From contig CAVRKE010000002.1 of assembly GCA_963722305.1 (NCBI GenBank), forward strand, positions 586,678 to 650,677: 64,000 nucleotides of DNA, read 5' to 3'. The notes under the pieces were generated by a model, which worked only from the letters and a program-made list of their open reading frames with translations, searched no databases and was not told where the DNA came from. The position numbers were made by a program, and so were the translations under genes. Position 1 is the stretch's first letter. Every line of letters begins with the position of its first letter. Below are positions 8,612-18,022 of the stretch, in pieces. The DNA is from Candidatus Levyibacteriota bacterium. Its GTDB lineage: Bacteria; Patescibacteriota; Microgenomatia; Levybacterales; UBA12049.

Positions 8612-8640
8612 ATAATAGCAAAGTCAAAGCTAATAGTCAA
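8612..8640 (-). promoter_or_regulatory. sigma70-like promoter for the intron-containing tRNA
   Basis: -35 TTGACT at 8640..8635, a 17-nt spacer, and -10 TATTAT at 8617..8612. Confidence 0.5.
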
Positions 8641-8677
8641 TAAAATTGCTCAAAGATTAACAATAATTAATTTACAA

Positions 8678-8706
8678 TTGACATAGCGCAATATCATGCT
8701 CATAAT
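8678..8706 (+). promoter_or_regulatory. sigma70-like promoter for 8713 ORF
   Basis: TTGACA at 8678-8683, a 17-nt spacer, CATAAT at 8701-8706, and ATG at 8713. Confidence 0.5.
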
Positions 8707-8712
8707 ATAAAT

Positions 8713-9402
8713 ATGCAACATAACCAGGTTGTTAAAAATAGAGTACGTCAGCTTCGCATGCAGGGCTTAAGTTTAGGGCAAATATATCAAGAAACAAGCA
8801 TTCCAAAAACGACTATTCGAAGCTGGATTATGGATATTAAGCTTTCCGAAAGACAATTAGATATATTAAAATCCAGAACTCAGAAAGCGTTACAAAAGGG
8901 AAGAATTAAAAAGCAAAAGCAAGATAAGGTTTCAAGACTTGATAACGAGAAGAAACTTTTACAAAAGGCGCTTTTGAAAATAGGGAATTTGAGCGATCGA
9001 GATTTACTCATGGCAGGAGTTGCTTTGTATTGGGGAGAGGGGTTTAAAAATAAACATGAGCATCGATTGGGTTTTTGTAATTCGGATCCGGAAATGATTA
9101 TGTTTTACATAAAATGGCTTGAAAAATGCTTTAGAATTAAAAAGGACGATGTAATTGCCAGATTAACTTTAAACGTAGCTTATAAAGAAAAAACAGAAGC
9201 TATAGAAAATTATTGGTTAAAAATTACAGGAATACCAAAAAATCAATTTAAAAATACTTTTTATCAGAAAACAAAATGGAAAAAACAATATAACGAGGAT
9301 AATTATCATGGCGTTTTAAGAATTCACGTAAAAGATAGTTTAAACATGTTGATTTCGACAAGAGGTTTTATTGAGGGAATGAAGTTGAGTGTGATAAAAT
9401 AG
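8713..9402 (+). CDS. HTH domain + LAGLIDADG-like domain protein (paralog of 4923..5615)
   Basis: N-terminal HTH (GLSLGQIYQETSIPKTTIRSW). The LLMAGVALYWGEGFKNK motif is comparable to LAGFVEGEGSF of the intron-encoded endonucleases in this window. Confidence 0.45.
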   Translation: MQHNQVVKNRVRQLRMQGLSLGQIYQETSIPKTTIRSWIMDIKLSERQLDILKSRTQKALQKGRIKKQKQDKVSRLDNEKKLLQKALLKIGNLSDRDLLMAGVALYWGEGFKNKHEHRLGFCNSDPEMIMFYIKWLEKCFRIKKDDVIARLTLNVAYKEKTEAIENYWLKITGIPKNQFKNTFYQKTKWKKQYNEDNYHGVLRIHVKDSLNMLISTRGFIEGMKLSVIK

Positions 9403-9408
9403 GTAAGC

Positions 9409-9482
9409 GCCAGGGTAGCTCAGTCGGTTAGAGCACAGCATTCATAACGCTGAGGTCGTGGGTTCGATCCCCACTCCTGGTA
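9409..9482 (+). tRNA. tRNA-Met (anticodon CAU, elongator-type)
   Basis: TAGCTCAGTCGGTTAGAGC D-arm; anticodon loop TTCATAA; T-arm GTGGG-TTCGATC-CCCAC; acceptor GCCAGGG/TCCTGGT. Close to the E. coli metT pattern, with no initiator features. Confidence 0.8.
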
Positions 9483-9549
9483 CTTTTGTCCGTGAACCTA
9501 TATTCCACAAAAATTCGTAAATTCTCGCAAAATCTCCTATAATACCCAC

Positions 9550-10785
9550 ATGCATGATATAAAAAAGTTCATTTTTTCCGGCTATGATATCAATCTTGGT
9601 CAAGGAATAGTCACCTTTCATTACTTGACTCAATCAGATAAACAGAGCCATGAATTCACGGAAAAGATCACGTTTCCTCCTGTGGTTTCTCAAACTCCGG
9701 ATAATTTACTGAAGTCCTTATTGAATAATCTCCTGTTAATTTTAGGGATTAGTTATTGGAAACTATATTGTCCTCAAGACATCATAATTGAACCATTTTC
9801 TTTAACTCAATATCAAGCAGAATTTTGGAATACAATATACACAAAGGGATTGGGCGAGTTTTTTTATAAAAATAAAATCGATTTTCGAAACCTAGTTAAT
9901 TTTCCTTATGAAGAACATGATGTAAAATCGGTACCGTTTGTAAGACAAAATAGGTCTCTTTTGGCTCTTGGTGGAGGAAAAGATTCGATTGTGTCGGCAG
10001 AGATACTGAAGACTCGAAAGACAAATTTTGACCTTCTTACCGTTGGAACCTCAATAATCCAGGATGAAGTAGCAAAAATTATCGGAAGAAAGGTTATTGT
10101 TATAAATCGTCAGATTGACCCCGCACTTTTTCAGTTAAATAAAAGCGGTAATGCCTATAACGGTCACATTCCAATTTCCGCAATCTATGCGTTTTTAGGC
10201 TTGATGGCAGCCATTTTTTATGACTACAGCTATGTGGTAGTCTCGAACGAAAAAAGCGCCAATTACGGCAACGTCGAATATTTAGGCGAGATGATCAATC
10301 ATCAATGGAGCAAGTCGGAGGAGTTTGAAAGCCTTTTTAAAAATTATGTTAACAATTTTATAACCCCTGATGTTTCCTATTACTCATTATTAAGAAAGTA
10401 CGATGAACTTGAAATCGCTGAATTATTCGTTAAACATAAGCAATACTTTAGCGTATTTTCTTCCTGTAATAATAATTTTAAAATTAACGAAAAAATTGAT
10501 TTAAATTCAAAATGGTGCGGCAAGTGTCCGAAATGCCTGTTTGTTTTTACTCTTCTTGCGGGACTTATGCCCAAAAAGGAGTTAATAAGCGTATTTGGCA
10601 GAAATCTTTTCGAAGACGAATCTCTGCTGCCAATTTTTAAAGAATTACTTGGTATTAAAGATTTCAAGCCTTTTGAATGCGTCGGTACTCCCTCTGAGGT
10701 CAAAACGGCTTTGGCCAAAGCTTACGATAGGGGAGAATTTTCCGGCAGTGTTTTAATGAGAGTCTATAAAAATGAAACTAGCTGA
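9550..10785 (+). CDS. PP-loop ATP pyrophosphatase superfamily protein; candidate MurL-like UDP-MurNAc-L-Ala-L-Glu epimerase
   Basis: SGGxDS-type PP-loop motif LALGGGKDS at about residue 140. C-terminal CGKCPKC cysteine cluster. The 3' end overlaps the murD start by 14 nt (translational coupling). Confidence 0.4.
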   Translation: MHDIKKFIFSGYDINLGQGIVTFHYLTQSDKQSHEFTEKITFPPVVSQTPDNLLKSLLNNLLLILGISYWKLYCPQDIIIEPFSLTQYQAEFWNTIYTKGLGEFFYKNKIDFRNLVNFPYEEHDVKSVPFVRQNRSLLALGGGKDSIVSAEILKTRKTNFDLLTVGTSIIQDEVAKIIGRKVIVINRQIDPALFQLNKSGNAYNGHIPISAIYAFLGLMAAIFYDYSYVVVSNEKSANYGNVEYLGEMINHQWSKSEEFESLFKNYVNNFITPDVSYYSLLRKYDELEIAELFVKHKQYFSVFSSCNNNFKINEKIDLNSKWCGKCPKCLFVFTLLAGLMPKKELISVFGRNLFEDESLLPIFKELLGIKDFKPFECVGTPSEVKTALAKAYDRGEFSGSVLMRVYKNETS

Positions 10786-12067
10786 TTTAAAAAACAAAAA
10801 AATTCTGATTGTCGGAAAAGGAGTTGAGGGGGAAGCCGTTGGGAGATATCTGAAGAAGAAATTTCCAAATATTACTATTGATGCCGTTGATAAAAAAGAC
10901 GGTCAAGATTACCTTGAAAAGCAAAGCAATTACGATATTGTTATTAAGTCACCGAGTGTAAAACCCGAAGTAATCAGTATTCCTTATACAACCGCAACAA
11001 ACCTTTTTTTAGCTAATGCCAAAGGGAAAATTATCGGAGTCACGGGAACTAAAGGCAAAAGCACAACTGCAACGTTAATCTACGAAATGCTTCAGAAACA
11101 GGGCTTCGATGCATATTTAGGTGGCAATATAGGTGTTTCCCCTTTAGATTTTTTGGATAAATTAGATACTCAATCATGGACAGTACTTGAATTATCTAGT
11201 TTTCAGTTGCAAGACTTAAAAATAAGCCCACACATTGCTGTTTTATTAATGATTGTTCCGGAGCACTTAGATTATCATCAGTCATTAGAAAAATACATTG
11301 ACGCAAAGAGGAATATTTTAAGGTTTCAAACAGCAGTGGACTTTGCGGTGATTAATAAAGATTATCCTGCAAGTAATGAGTCTGACGTAGAAACGCCGGC
11401 ACGCGTTTTTAGAGTCAGCAGAGAAAAAGAAGATGACAACGGTTGTTTTGTAAGAAGTAAGTCCGTTTGGATAAAAAAAGACGAAGAAGAATTAGAGATT
11501 ATTAAACTTAGTGAAATAAAACTTCTTGGAGAACACAATTTAGAAAATGTTTGTGCAGCGGCAATGGCGGCTTATCTTGCCGGGGTTTCTGTAGTAAACG
11601 TCGCTGCAGTTTTAATAACGTTTAGCGGCTTGGAGCATCGGTTAGAATTTGTTAGAAAAGTCGGAGATGTCAGTTTTTTTAATGATTCCTTGGCTACTCT
11701 CCCTCAAGCTACAGTGGAAGCGCTGAAAACTTTAAAGGAGACGGAAACTTTAATAACGGGAGGATTTGACAGGGGTTTGGATTATAAAGATTTAGCTAAA
11801 GCAATTGTTCAGTCCGGCATTAAGATACTTATTCTGTTTCCAACTACAGGAGCAAGAATTTGGAAGGAAATTTGTGAAGAAACAGATAATCCTCCTGAGA
11901 AATTTGACGTAACTACAATGGAACAGGCAGTCAGAATTGCTTTTGTGGAGACTACTCCGGGTAAAATTTGTTTAATGTCGCCTGCGTCAGCCAGTTTTAA
12001 TCTTTTTAAAAACTATAAAGACCGCGGAGATCAGTTTAAGGAAGAAGTTCTTAAATTAAAATCCTAA
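10772..12067 (+). CDS. murD: UDP-N-acetylmuramoyl-L-alanine--glutamate ligase (MurD family; possibly L-Glu-adding MurD2)
   Basis: Mur ligase motifs: N-terminal KILIVGKGVEG Rossmann, ATP-binding GVTGTKGKSTTATL, and the central/C-terminal Mur ligase domains. Confidence 0.8.
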   Translation: MKLADLKNKKILIVGKGVEGEAVGRYLKKKFPNITIDAVDKKDGQDYLEKQSNYDIVIKSPSVKPEVISIPYTTATNLFLANAKGKIIGVTGTKGKSTTATLIYEMLQKQGFDAYLGGNIGVSPLDFLDKLDTQSWTVLELSSFQLQDLKISPHIAVLLMIVPEHLDYHQSLEKYIDAKRNILRFQTAVDFAVINKDYPASNESDVETPARVFRVSREKEDDNGCFVRSKSVWIKKDEEELEIIKLSEIKLLGEHNLENVCAAAMAAYLAGVSVVNVAAVLITFSGLEHRLEFVRKVGDVSFFNDSLATLPQATVEALKTLKETETLITGGFDRGLDYKDLAKAIVQSGIKILILFPTTGARIWKEICEETDNPPEKFDVTTMEQAVRIAFVETTPGKICLMSPASASFNLFKNYKDRGDQFKEEVLKLKS

Positions 12068-12081
12068 TTTCTAATTTTTAA

Positions 12082-13311
<1,230 letters not shown>

Positions 13312-13376
13312 ATAATCCGCTGCTATAAGATAGATACATGGTAGAAACAGCTGTTGCAGGATACCGTTGCAAAAAC

Positions 13377-14520
13377 GGTCACCTGAATAGCCTCAAGAGT
13401 TCTCCAATTTCCTCAGGGTTTTTCATGGTCTGTTGAAGTGAAGATGTTCCATTTAACATTCTGAATTTAGCGGTACAATCGGTAAAGACTTTCAGTCTTC
13501 GTCTTAAGAAATATGCATTTAACCACATATCAGCGTGTTTAAATGATTCAAAACCTTTCAGCGGCTTTACTCTGGCTTCTAAGTGCGAGTTGTAACTTTC
13601 AATCAGATTAGTAGTGGTGGGAATAGTTCTGTTATTCATGTAGGTGTTTAATTGCGGTAATCTCCTTTGCATGTCTAAAAGGATCGCAGAAAGTAATGAA
13701 TCATGTTTGTAGGTATTATACAGTTTTGCGGCTAATGTGAGGAATTCATCTTCCGCTCTTTTGTGAGAGAACAAGTCTTCTATTCTCTGCATAAAAGGAA
13801 GATATGTTGTATCAGTTCTGACTCCAAGAGTTGTCCTGATATTCTCCTTGTAGTGATTATGGCAAAGTTGAGTAAGCACTTTAGGATATACTGACACACA
13901 GGCATCATAGATATTGGCATTGTCATCAGAAACAATGGCCTGTAAAGGATAATTCAATAATCGTAAGGAGTTGAAAAACGTCCGGCAAGTTTGGTAGCTT
14001 TCAGATTGGGAGAAAATATATGTTGGGATATCATGAGTAAGGTAATCAATCCCATACAAAACCGGAATCTTTCTTTCGTATCCCTTCACTTTAATATATT
14101 TTCCATCAACCACTAATATCCCACAGAACTTACTGCAGTATTTTCTTGTTACGTCTGCTAAATGAGGGAGCTCTCCTAATTCCTTAAGGCAGCGTCTGTA
14201 GGCAGTAGATGGGTCAATTTGGTAGGTTTTTCCTAAGGAGCGGAAAGATACTCCGGTCAGATGAGCAAACAGCAATTTTCCAGTGGAGTTTTTCTTTATC
14301 CTATTTATCTGAAACCATTTATTACACTTTCTACAAACATATTTAATTTTTCCTCTTCTTACTCCTTTACGGATAGTATTTTGGCTTTCGCAGTGGGGAC
14401 ATCTGTAAGATGCTGTTTTTTTTCACTCAAGGAGTATATCATCAACAAAGACAATTCTCACTGAGTGGAATTACTGCTTTTGTTTGTTAGAACAATCTAA
14501 ATACCCTCTTTCAGGTGACC
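13377..14520. mobile_element. IS element (ZF-DDE transposase family), copy 1
   Basis: 11-bp terminal inverted repeats GGTCACCTGAA at 13377-13387 and 14510-14520 (inverted) bracket the transposase gene. Confidence 0.55.
13379..14442 (-). CDS. zinc-finger DDE transposase, interrupted by a frame change at an A8 tract
   Basis: Main ORF 13379..14275 (VDGKYIKV...DDN...). An in-frame upstream extension encodes a C2C2 zinc finger (CPHCESQ...CRKCNKW) up to a stop just 5' of the A8 run (plus T-run 14416-14423). The ATG at 14442 is in the -1 frame. Confidence 0.6.
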
Positions 14521-14523
14521 AAA

Positions 14524-15009
14524 ATGCAACGGTCTCCTGTTGCAGAACCAGAGGCAAAACCGGTTTTGGAAGGAGTTCCCAAAGAGATAAAACAAACAGT
14601 CCCCGAAGCCTTAATCGTTAGAGCGAACGAAATTATTAGAGAAGCAAGAGTTGTAAGCCCAGGTATAGTACCCACTACAGTCACAACTCAAAGGGAGCCA
14701 GAAAAGCCAATAGACGACTCAGTTTATGAGGCTACTGTATTAACAGCAAAAAGACAAGGTATACCGGCAGCACAAATGATCACAACGTCACGAAGAATAT
14801 CTGGGAAAGGTCCGGAATCACTAACCAGATACACATTGTTTACAGCAGATGATGACAAATTGAAGATTGGTTTTGATAGAGGGCGTTTGATAGAGATTAG
14901 TGCTGACGAAGGTAGTACCCGAGTTGAATTTGGGCCTAAGTGGTACGTAGGAAATCTTTCTCCAGAACAGCAATCGAAATTATTAAGGAGAGTGGGCGTT
15001 AAAGTTTAA
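14524..15009 (+). CDS. hypothetical protein (higher GC, adjacent to IS)
   Basis: ORF 14515..15009. The likely start is the ATG at 14524, because the annotated GTG lies inside the IS inverted repeat. Confidence 0.35.
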   Translation: MQRSPVAEPEAKPVLEGVPKEIKQTVPEALIVRANEIIREARVVSPGIVPTTVTTQREPEKPIDDSVYEATVLTAKRQGIPAAQMITTSRRISGKGPESLTRYTLFTADDDKLKIGFDRGRLIEISADEGSTRVEFGPKWYVGNLSPEQQSKLLRRVGVKV

Positions 15010-15129
15010 TCTTGGGGCCCTCTTAAGAAAAATCTTCGGGTGCAATTCTCAAAACCGCAAAATAGCCTGGCTATCATAAATGATAGAACCCAATTGCTTG
15101 ACAATTCTTCTTTATTTTAGTATACTAGT

Positions 15130-15429
15130 ATGATGAGATTAAATTTAAAGTTTGGCCCAAGCTTAAATAAGGAGGAGAATAAGAGTAAAGATTTGGAGGA
15201 ATTAATTAACGTTCTTTTAAGCATTAAATCAAAAGAGGAAATGGAGGATTTTCTAAAAGGCATTTTAACAGCTAAAGAGCTTTTGGAGATTCCGAATCGA
15301 CTCAAAATTGTCAAAATGCTTAAAAAAGGCATTCCTCAGCACGAAATTGCCGGAAATTTAAAGGTCGGCGTGATGACTGTAACCAGAGGCTCAAAAGAGT
15401 TGCAAAATGGGAGATTTAAAAATGTATAA
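15130..15429 (+). CDS. TrpR-like YerC/YecD family DNA-binding protein
   Basis: About 99 aa with a C-terminal HTH (GIPQHEIAGNLKVGVMTVTRGSKEL) typical of the YerC/YecD Trp-repressor-like family. Promoter TTGACA-17-TATACT ends 3 nt before the ATG (leaderless). Confidence 0.65.
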   Translation: MMRLNLKFGPSLNKEENKSKDLEELINVLLSIKSKEEMEDFLKGILTAKELLEIPNRLKIVKMLKKGIPQHEIAGNLKVGVMTVTRGSKELQNGRFKNV

Positions 15430-15524
15430 ATATTCAAAATTAATTAAAGTATGGCGACAGCCTCTATTGGAGGCTTGTCTTTGTATGACTTAAACGTTTT
15501 TATTCAAATTATCATTCAAACACA

Positions 15525-15549
15525 AACCTCCAAAATGGAGGTTTTTTTG
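15525..15549 (+). terminator. intrinsic terminator / possible attenuator in trpB2 leader
   Basis: Hairpin AACCTCC-AAAAT-GGAGGTT followed by TTTTTT. A second upstream hairpin lies at 15452-15482. Confidence 0.55.
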
Positions 15550-15581
15550 TGGTTCGGATAACGCTCACCACCAGTTAGGAG

Positions 15582-16901
15582 GTGAAAATTATGCAAAATA
15601 CAAAAATATTATTGGAAGAAGAGGATATCCCGACGCATTTTTTAAATATTAATTACTATTTAAAAAAATACTTAGGAAAATTACCGGACCCGCCTTTGAA
15701 TCCGGCAACGAAAGAGCCGATTAAGGCGGAAGAATTGGCGCCGCTTTTTCCAATGGAGTTAATTAGGCAAGAAGTTTCCCTGGAAAAAGAAATCGAAATT
15801 CCGGAGAAGCTCAGGGAATTATATAAAATGTTCAGACCTAGCCCTTTGTTTAGGGCAAAACGCTTAGAAAAATTCCTAAAAACACCGGCACATATTTATT
15901 ACAAATATGAGGGGAATAACCCTTCCGGCAGCCATAAATTAAATACGGCTTTGGCTCAAGCTTACTATAACAAAAAGGAAGGAGTTAAAAGCTTATTGAC
16001 GGAAACCGGAGCGGGACAATGGGGAACGGCTTTAAGCATGGCGTGCAATTATTTTAAGCTCAATTGTGAAATCTTTATGGTTAAAGTTTCTTTTGAACAA
16101 AAACCATACAGGCGGATTTTGATGGAAATGTTTGGGGCAAAAGTGCATGCCAGCCCATCAATGGAAACTGAATTTGGCCGGAAGATTCTTAAACAGCATC
16201 CCGATTCGCCGGGGTCTTTGGGAATAGCCATCAGTGAGGCCTTAGAAGTTGTTCTCAAAAAGACAAATGCCCGTTATGCTTTAGGGAGCGTTCTTAATCA
16301 CGTGTTGCTGCATCAGACAATCGCTGGGCAGGAAACGCAAAAGCAGATGGAGATAGCGGGAGAATACCCGGACATCATGATTGGCTGTTGTGGTGGAGGT
16401 AGTAATTTTGCCGGACTAATTTTCCCATTTTTAGCGGATCAATTAGCCGGAGGGAACAAGATTAGATATATCGGCGTTGAACCTAAATCGTGTCCTTCAT
16501 TAACCAAAGGAGAGTACCGTTATGATTTCGGCGATATGTCGCAAAAGACGCCGCTTTTAAAGATGAAGACCATGGGCTCGGATTTTATGCCCAGTCCAAT
16601 TCATGCCGGAGGTTTAAGATACCACGGCATGGCACCACTTTTATCATTTCTTCAGGAAGAAAAACTGATGGAAGCAAAAGCCTATGGGCAACTGGAGGTT
16701 TTTAAGGCAGGCGTTGACTTTGCCAAAACCGAAGGAATTGTCCCGGCGCCCGAGTCTGCGCATGCAATTAAAGCGGCGATAGACGAGGCAATCATATGCA
16801 AAAAGGCCGGAATTAAAAAAGTGATTGTTTTTAATCTTTCCGGACATGGGTTGCTGGACTTAAAAGGTTATGATGATTATTTGCATCATAGACTAAAGTA
16901 A
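15582..16901 (+). CDS. trpB: tryptophan synthase beta chain, TrpB2-type (stand-alone)
   Basis: 439 aa PLP enzyme with a long N-terminal extension. Conserved HKLN lysine region ([12 protein letters not shown]) and the GGGSN loop ([10 protein letters not shown]). Confidence 0.85.
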   Translation: MKIMQNTKILLEEEDIPTHFLNINYYLKKYLGKLPDPPLNPATKEPIKAEELAPLFPMELIRQEVSLEKEIEIPEKLRELYKMFRPSPLFRAKRLEKFLKTPAHIYYKYEGNNPSGSHKLNTALAQAYYNKKEGVKSLLTETGAGQWGTALSMACNYFKLNCEIFMVKVSFEQKPYRRILMEMFGAKVHASPSMETEFGRKILKQHPDSPGSLGIAISEALEVVLKKTNARYALGSVLNHVLLHQTIAGQETQKQMEIAGEYPDIMIGCCGGGSNFAGLIFPFLADQLAGGNKIRYIGVEPKSCPSLTKGEYRYDFGDMSQKTPLLKMKTMGSDFMPSPIHAGGLRYHGMAPLLSFLQEEKLMEAKAYGQLEVFKAGVDFAKTEGIVPAPESAHAIKAAIDEAIICKKAGIKKVIVFNLSGHGLLDLKGYDDYLHHRLK

Positions 16902-16984
16902 AGCGTAGAGCGGAAGCTTTCGCCTCCGCTCTACAAAAGGGTTTGATTATGTTGGGTAAATAAAATACAATGAAAGGTGAAATT

Positions 16985-17956
16985 ATGAAAACGGTTTTTT
17001 CGGGAGTGCAGCCAAGTGGAAATTTACATATCGGAAATTATATCGGCGCAATTTCGCAATGGGTCAAAATCCAAAATGACAAAGATGCCTTTTTTTGCGT
17101 GGTAGATTTACACGCCATAACCGTTCCTCAAGATCCAAAGATTCTCAAGGAAAAGGTTCTTGAAGTAGCGGCTTTATATATTGCTTGCGGAATTGACCCT
17201 CAAAAAGCGCACATTTTTGTGCAATCAGAAAATCAAGATCATACCGAACTGGCTTGGATTTTGAATTGCATAACTTCATTTGGCCAATTGGAAAGGATGA
17301 CGCAGTTTAAGGAAAAGAGTGAAAAGCACGAAGCCAATGCCGGGCTGTTTGACTATCCGGTGTTAATGGCAGCGGATATTCTTTTGTATCAAACAGACGA
17401 AGTACCGGTGGGCGAAGACCAAAAACAACACGTTGAGCTAACCCGCGATTTGGCGGAAAAATTTAACGCAAAATTCGGTGAAGTTTTCAAGCTACCAATT
17501 CCGGTAATCCAAAAAGAAACTGCCAGGATTATGAGCTTGCAGGACCCGACTAGTAAAATGTCAAAATCAGATAATAACCCGCTGGCCACAGTCAACCTTT
17601 TAGATTCGGAAGAGCAAACCAGGGAGAAAATTAAAAAAGCCGTCACCGATTCCGGTTCACAAATTTCCAAAGACGAGGGTTCGGCTGCGATTTCCAACCT
17701 TCTGACTATTTATGCTTCATTCAAAAATCAATCCCTGAATGATTCTATAGATCAATTAGACGGAAAGTCTTATTCCGAGTTCAAAACTTTACTCGCGGAC
17801 CTGGTCGTTGCCAAAATGTCCGAAATTCAAAAAAAATATCGCGAGCTTCGCGCTAACGAAAATTCACTCCGCAAAATTTTGGACGAGGGAAGGGAATACG
17901 CCGTTAGTAAATCTTCAGTCACTCTTAGTAAAGTAAAAGAATTAGTGGGACTTTAA
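16985..17956 (+). CDS. trpS: tryptophan--tRNA ligase
   Basis: HIGH motif (GNLHIGNYIGA) and KMSKS motif (KMSKSDNN). ORF 16970 with a likely start at 16985 preceded by AAAGGTGA. Confidence 0.9.
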   Translation: MKTVFSGVQPSGNLHIGNYIGAISQWVKIQNDKDAFFCVVDLHAITVPQDPKILKEKVLEVAALYIACGIDPQKAHIFVQSENQDHTELAWILNCITSFGQLERMTQFKEKSEKHEANAGLFDYPVLMAADILLYQTDEVPVGEDQKQHVELTRDLAEKFNAKFGEVFKLPIPVIQKETARIMSLQDPTSKMSKSDNNPLATVNLLDSEEQTREKIKKAVTDSGSQISKDEGSAAISNLLTIYASFKNQSLNDSIDQLDGKSYSEFKTLLADLVVAKMSEIQKKYRELRANENSLRKILDEGREYAVSKSSVTLSKVKELVGL

Positions 17957-18022
17957 GCTCAAATTGTGCTATAATCCCTCCAGCCCGCAATTGCTACGTA
18001 AAGCGTTGCTGGCGGGAAAGCT

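Noticed and set aside
9550-10785. A PP-loop protein adjacent to tRNA-Met(CAU) suggested TilS (tRNA-Ile lysidine synthetase) or QueC.
   Set aside because: The PP-loop sits at about residue 140 rather than the N-terminus. The length and C-terminus do not fit TilS or QueC. The gene is translationally coupled to murD, so a MurL-like role is the better hypothesis (still unproven).
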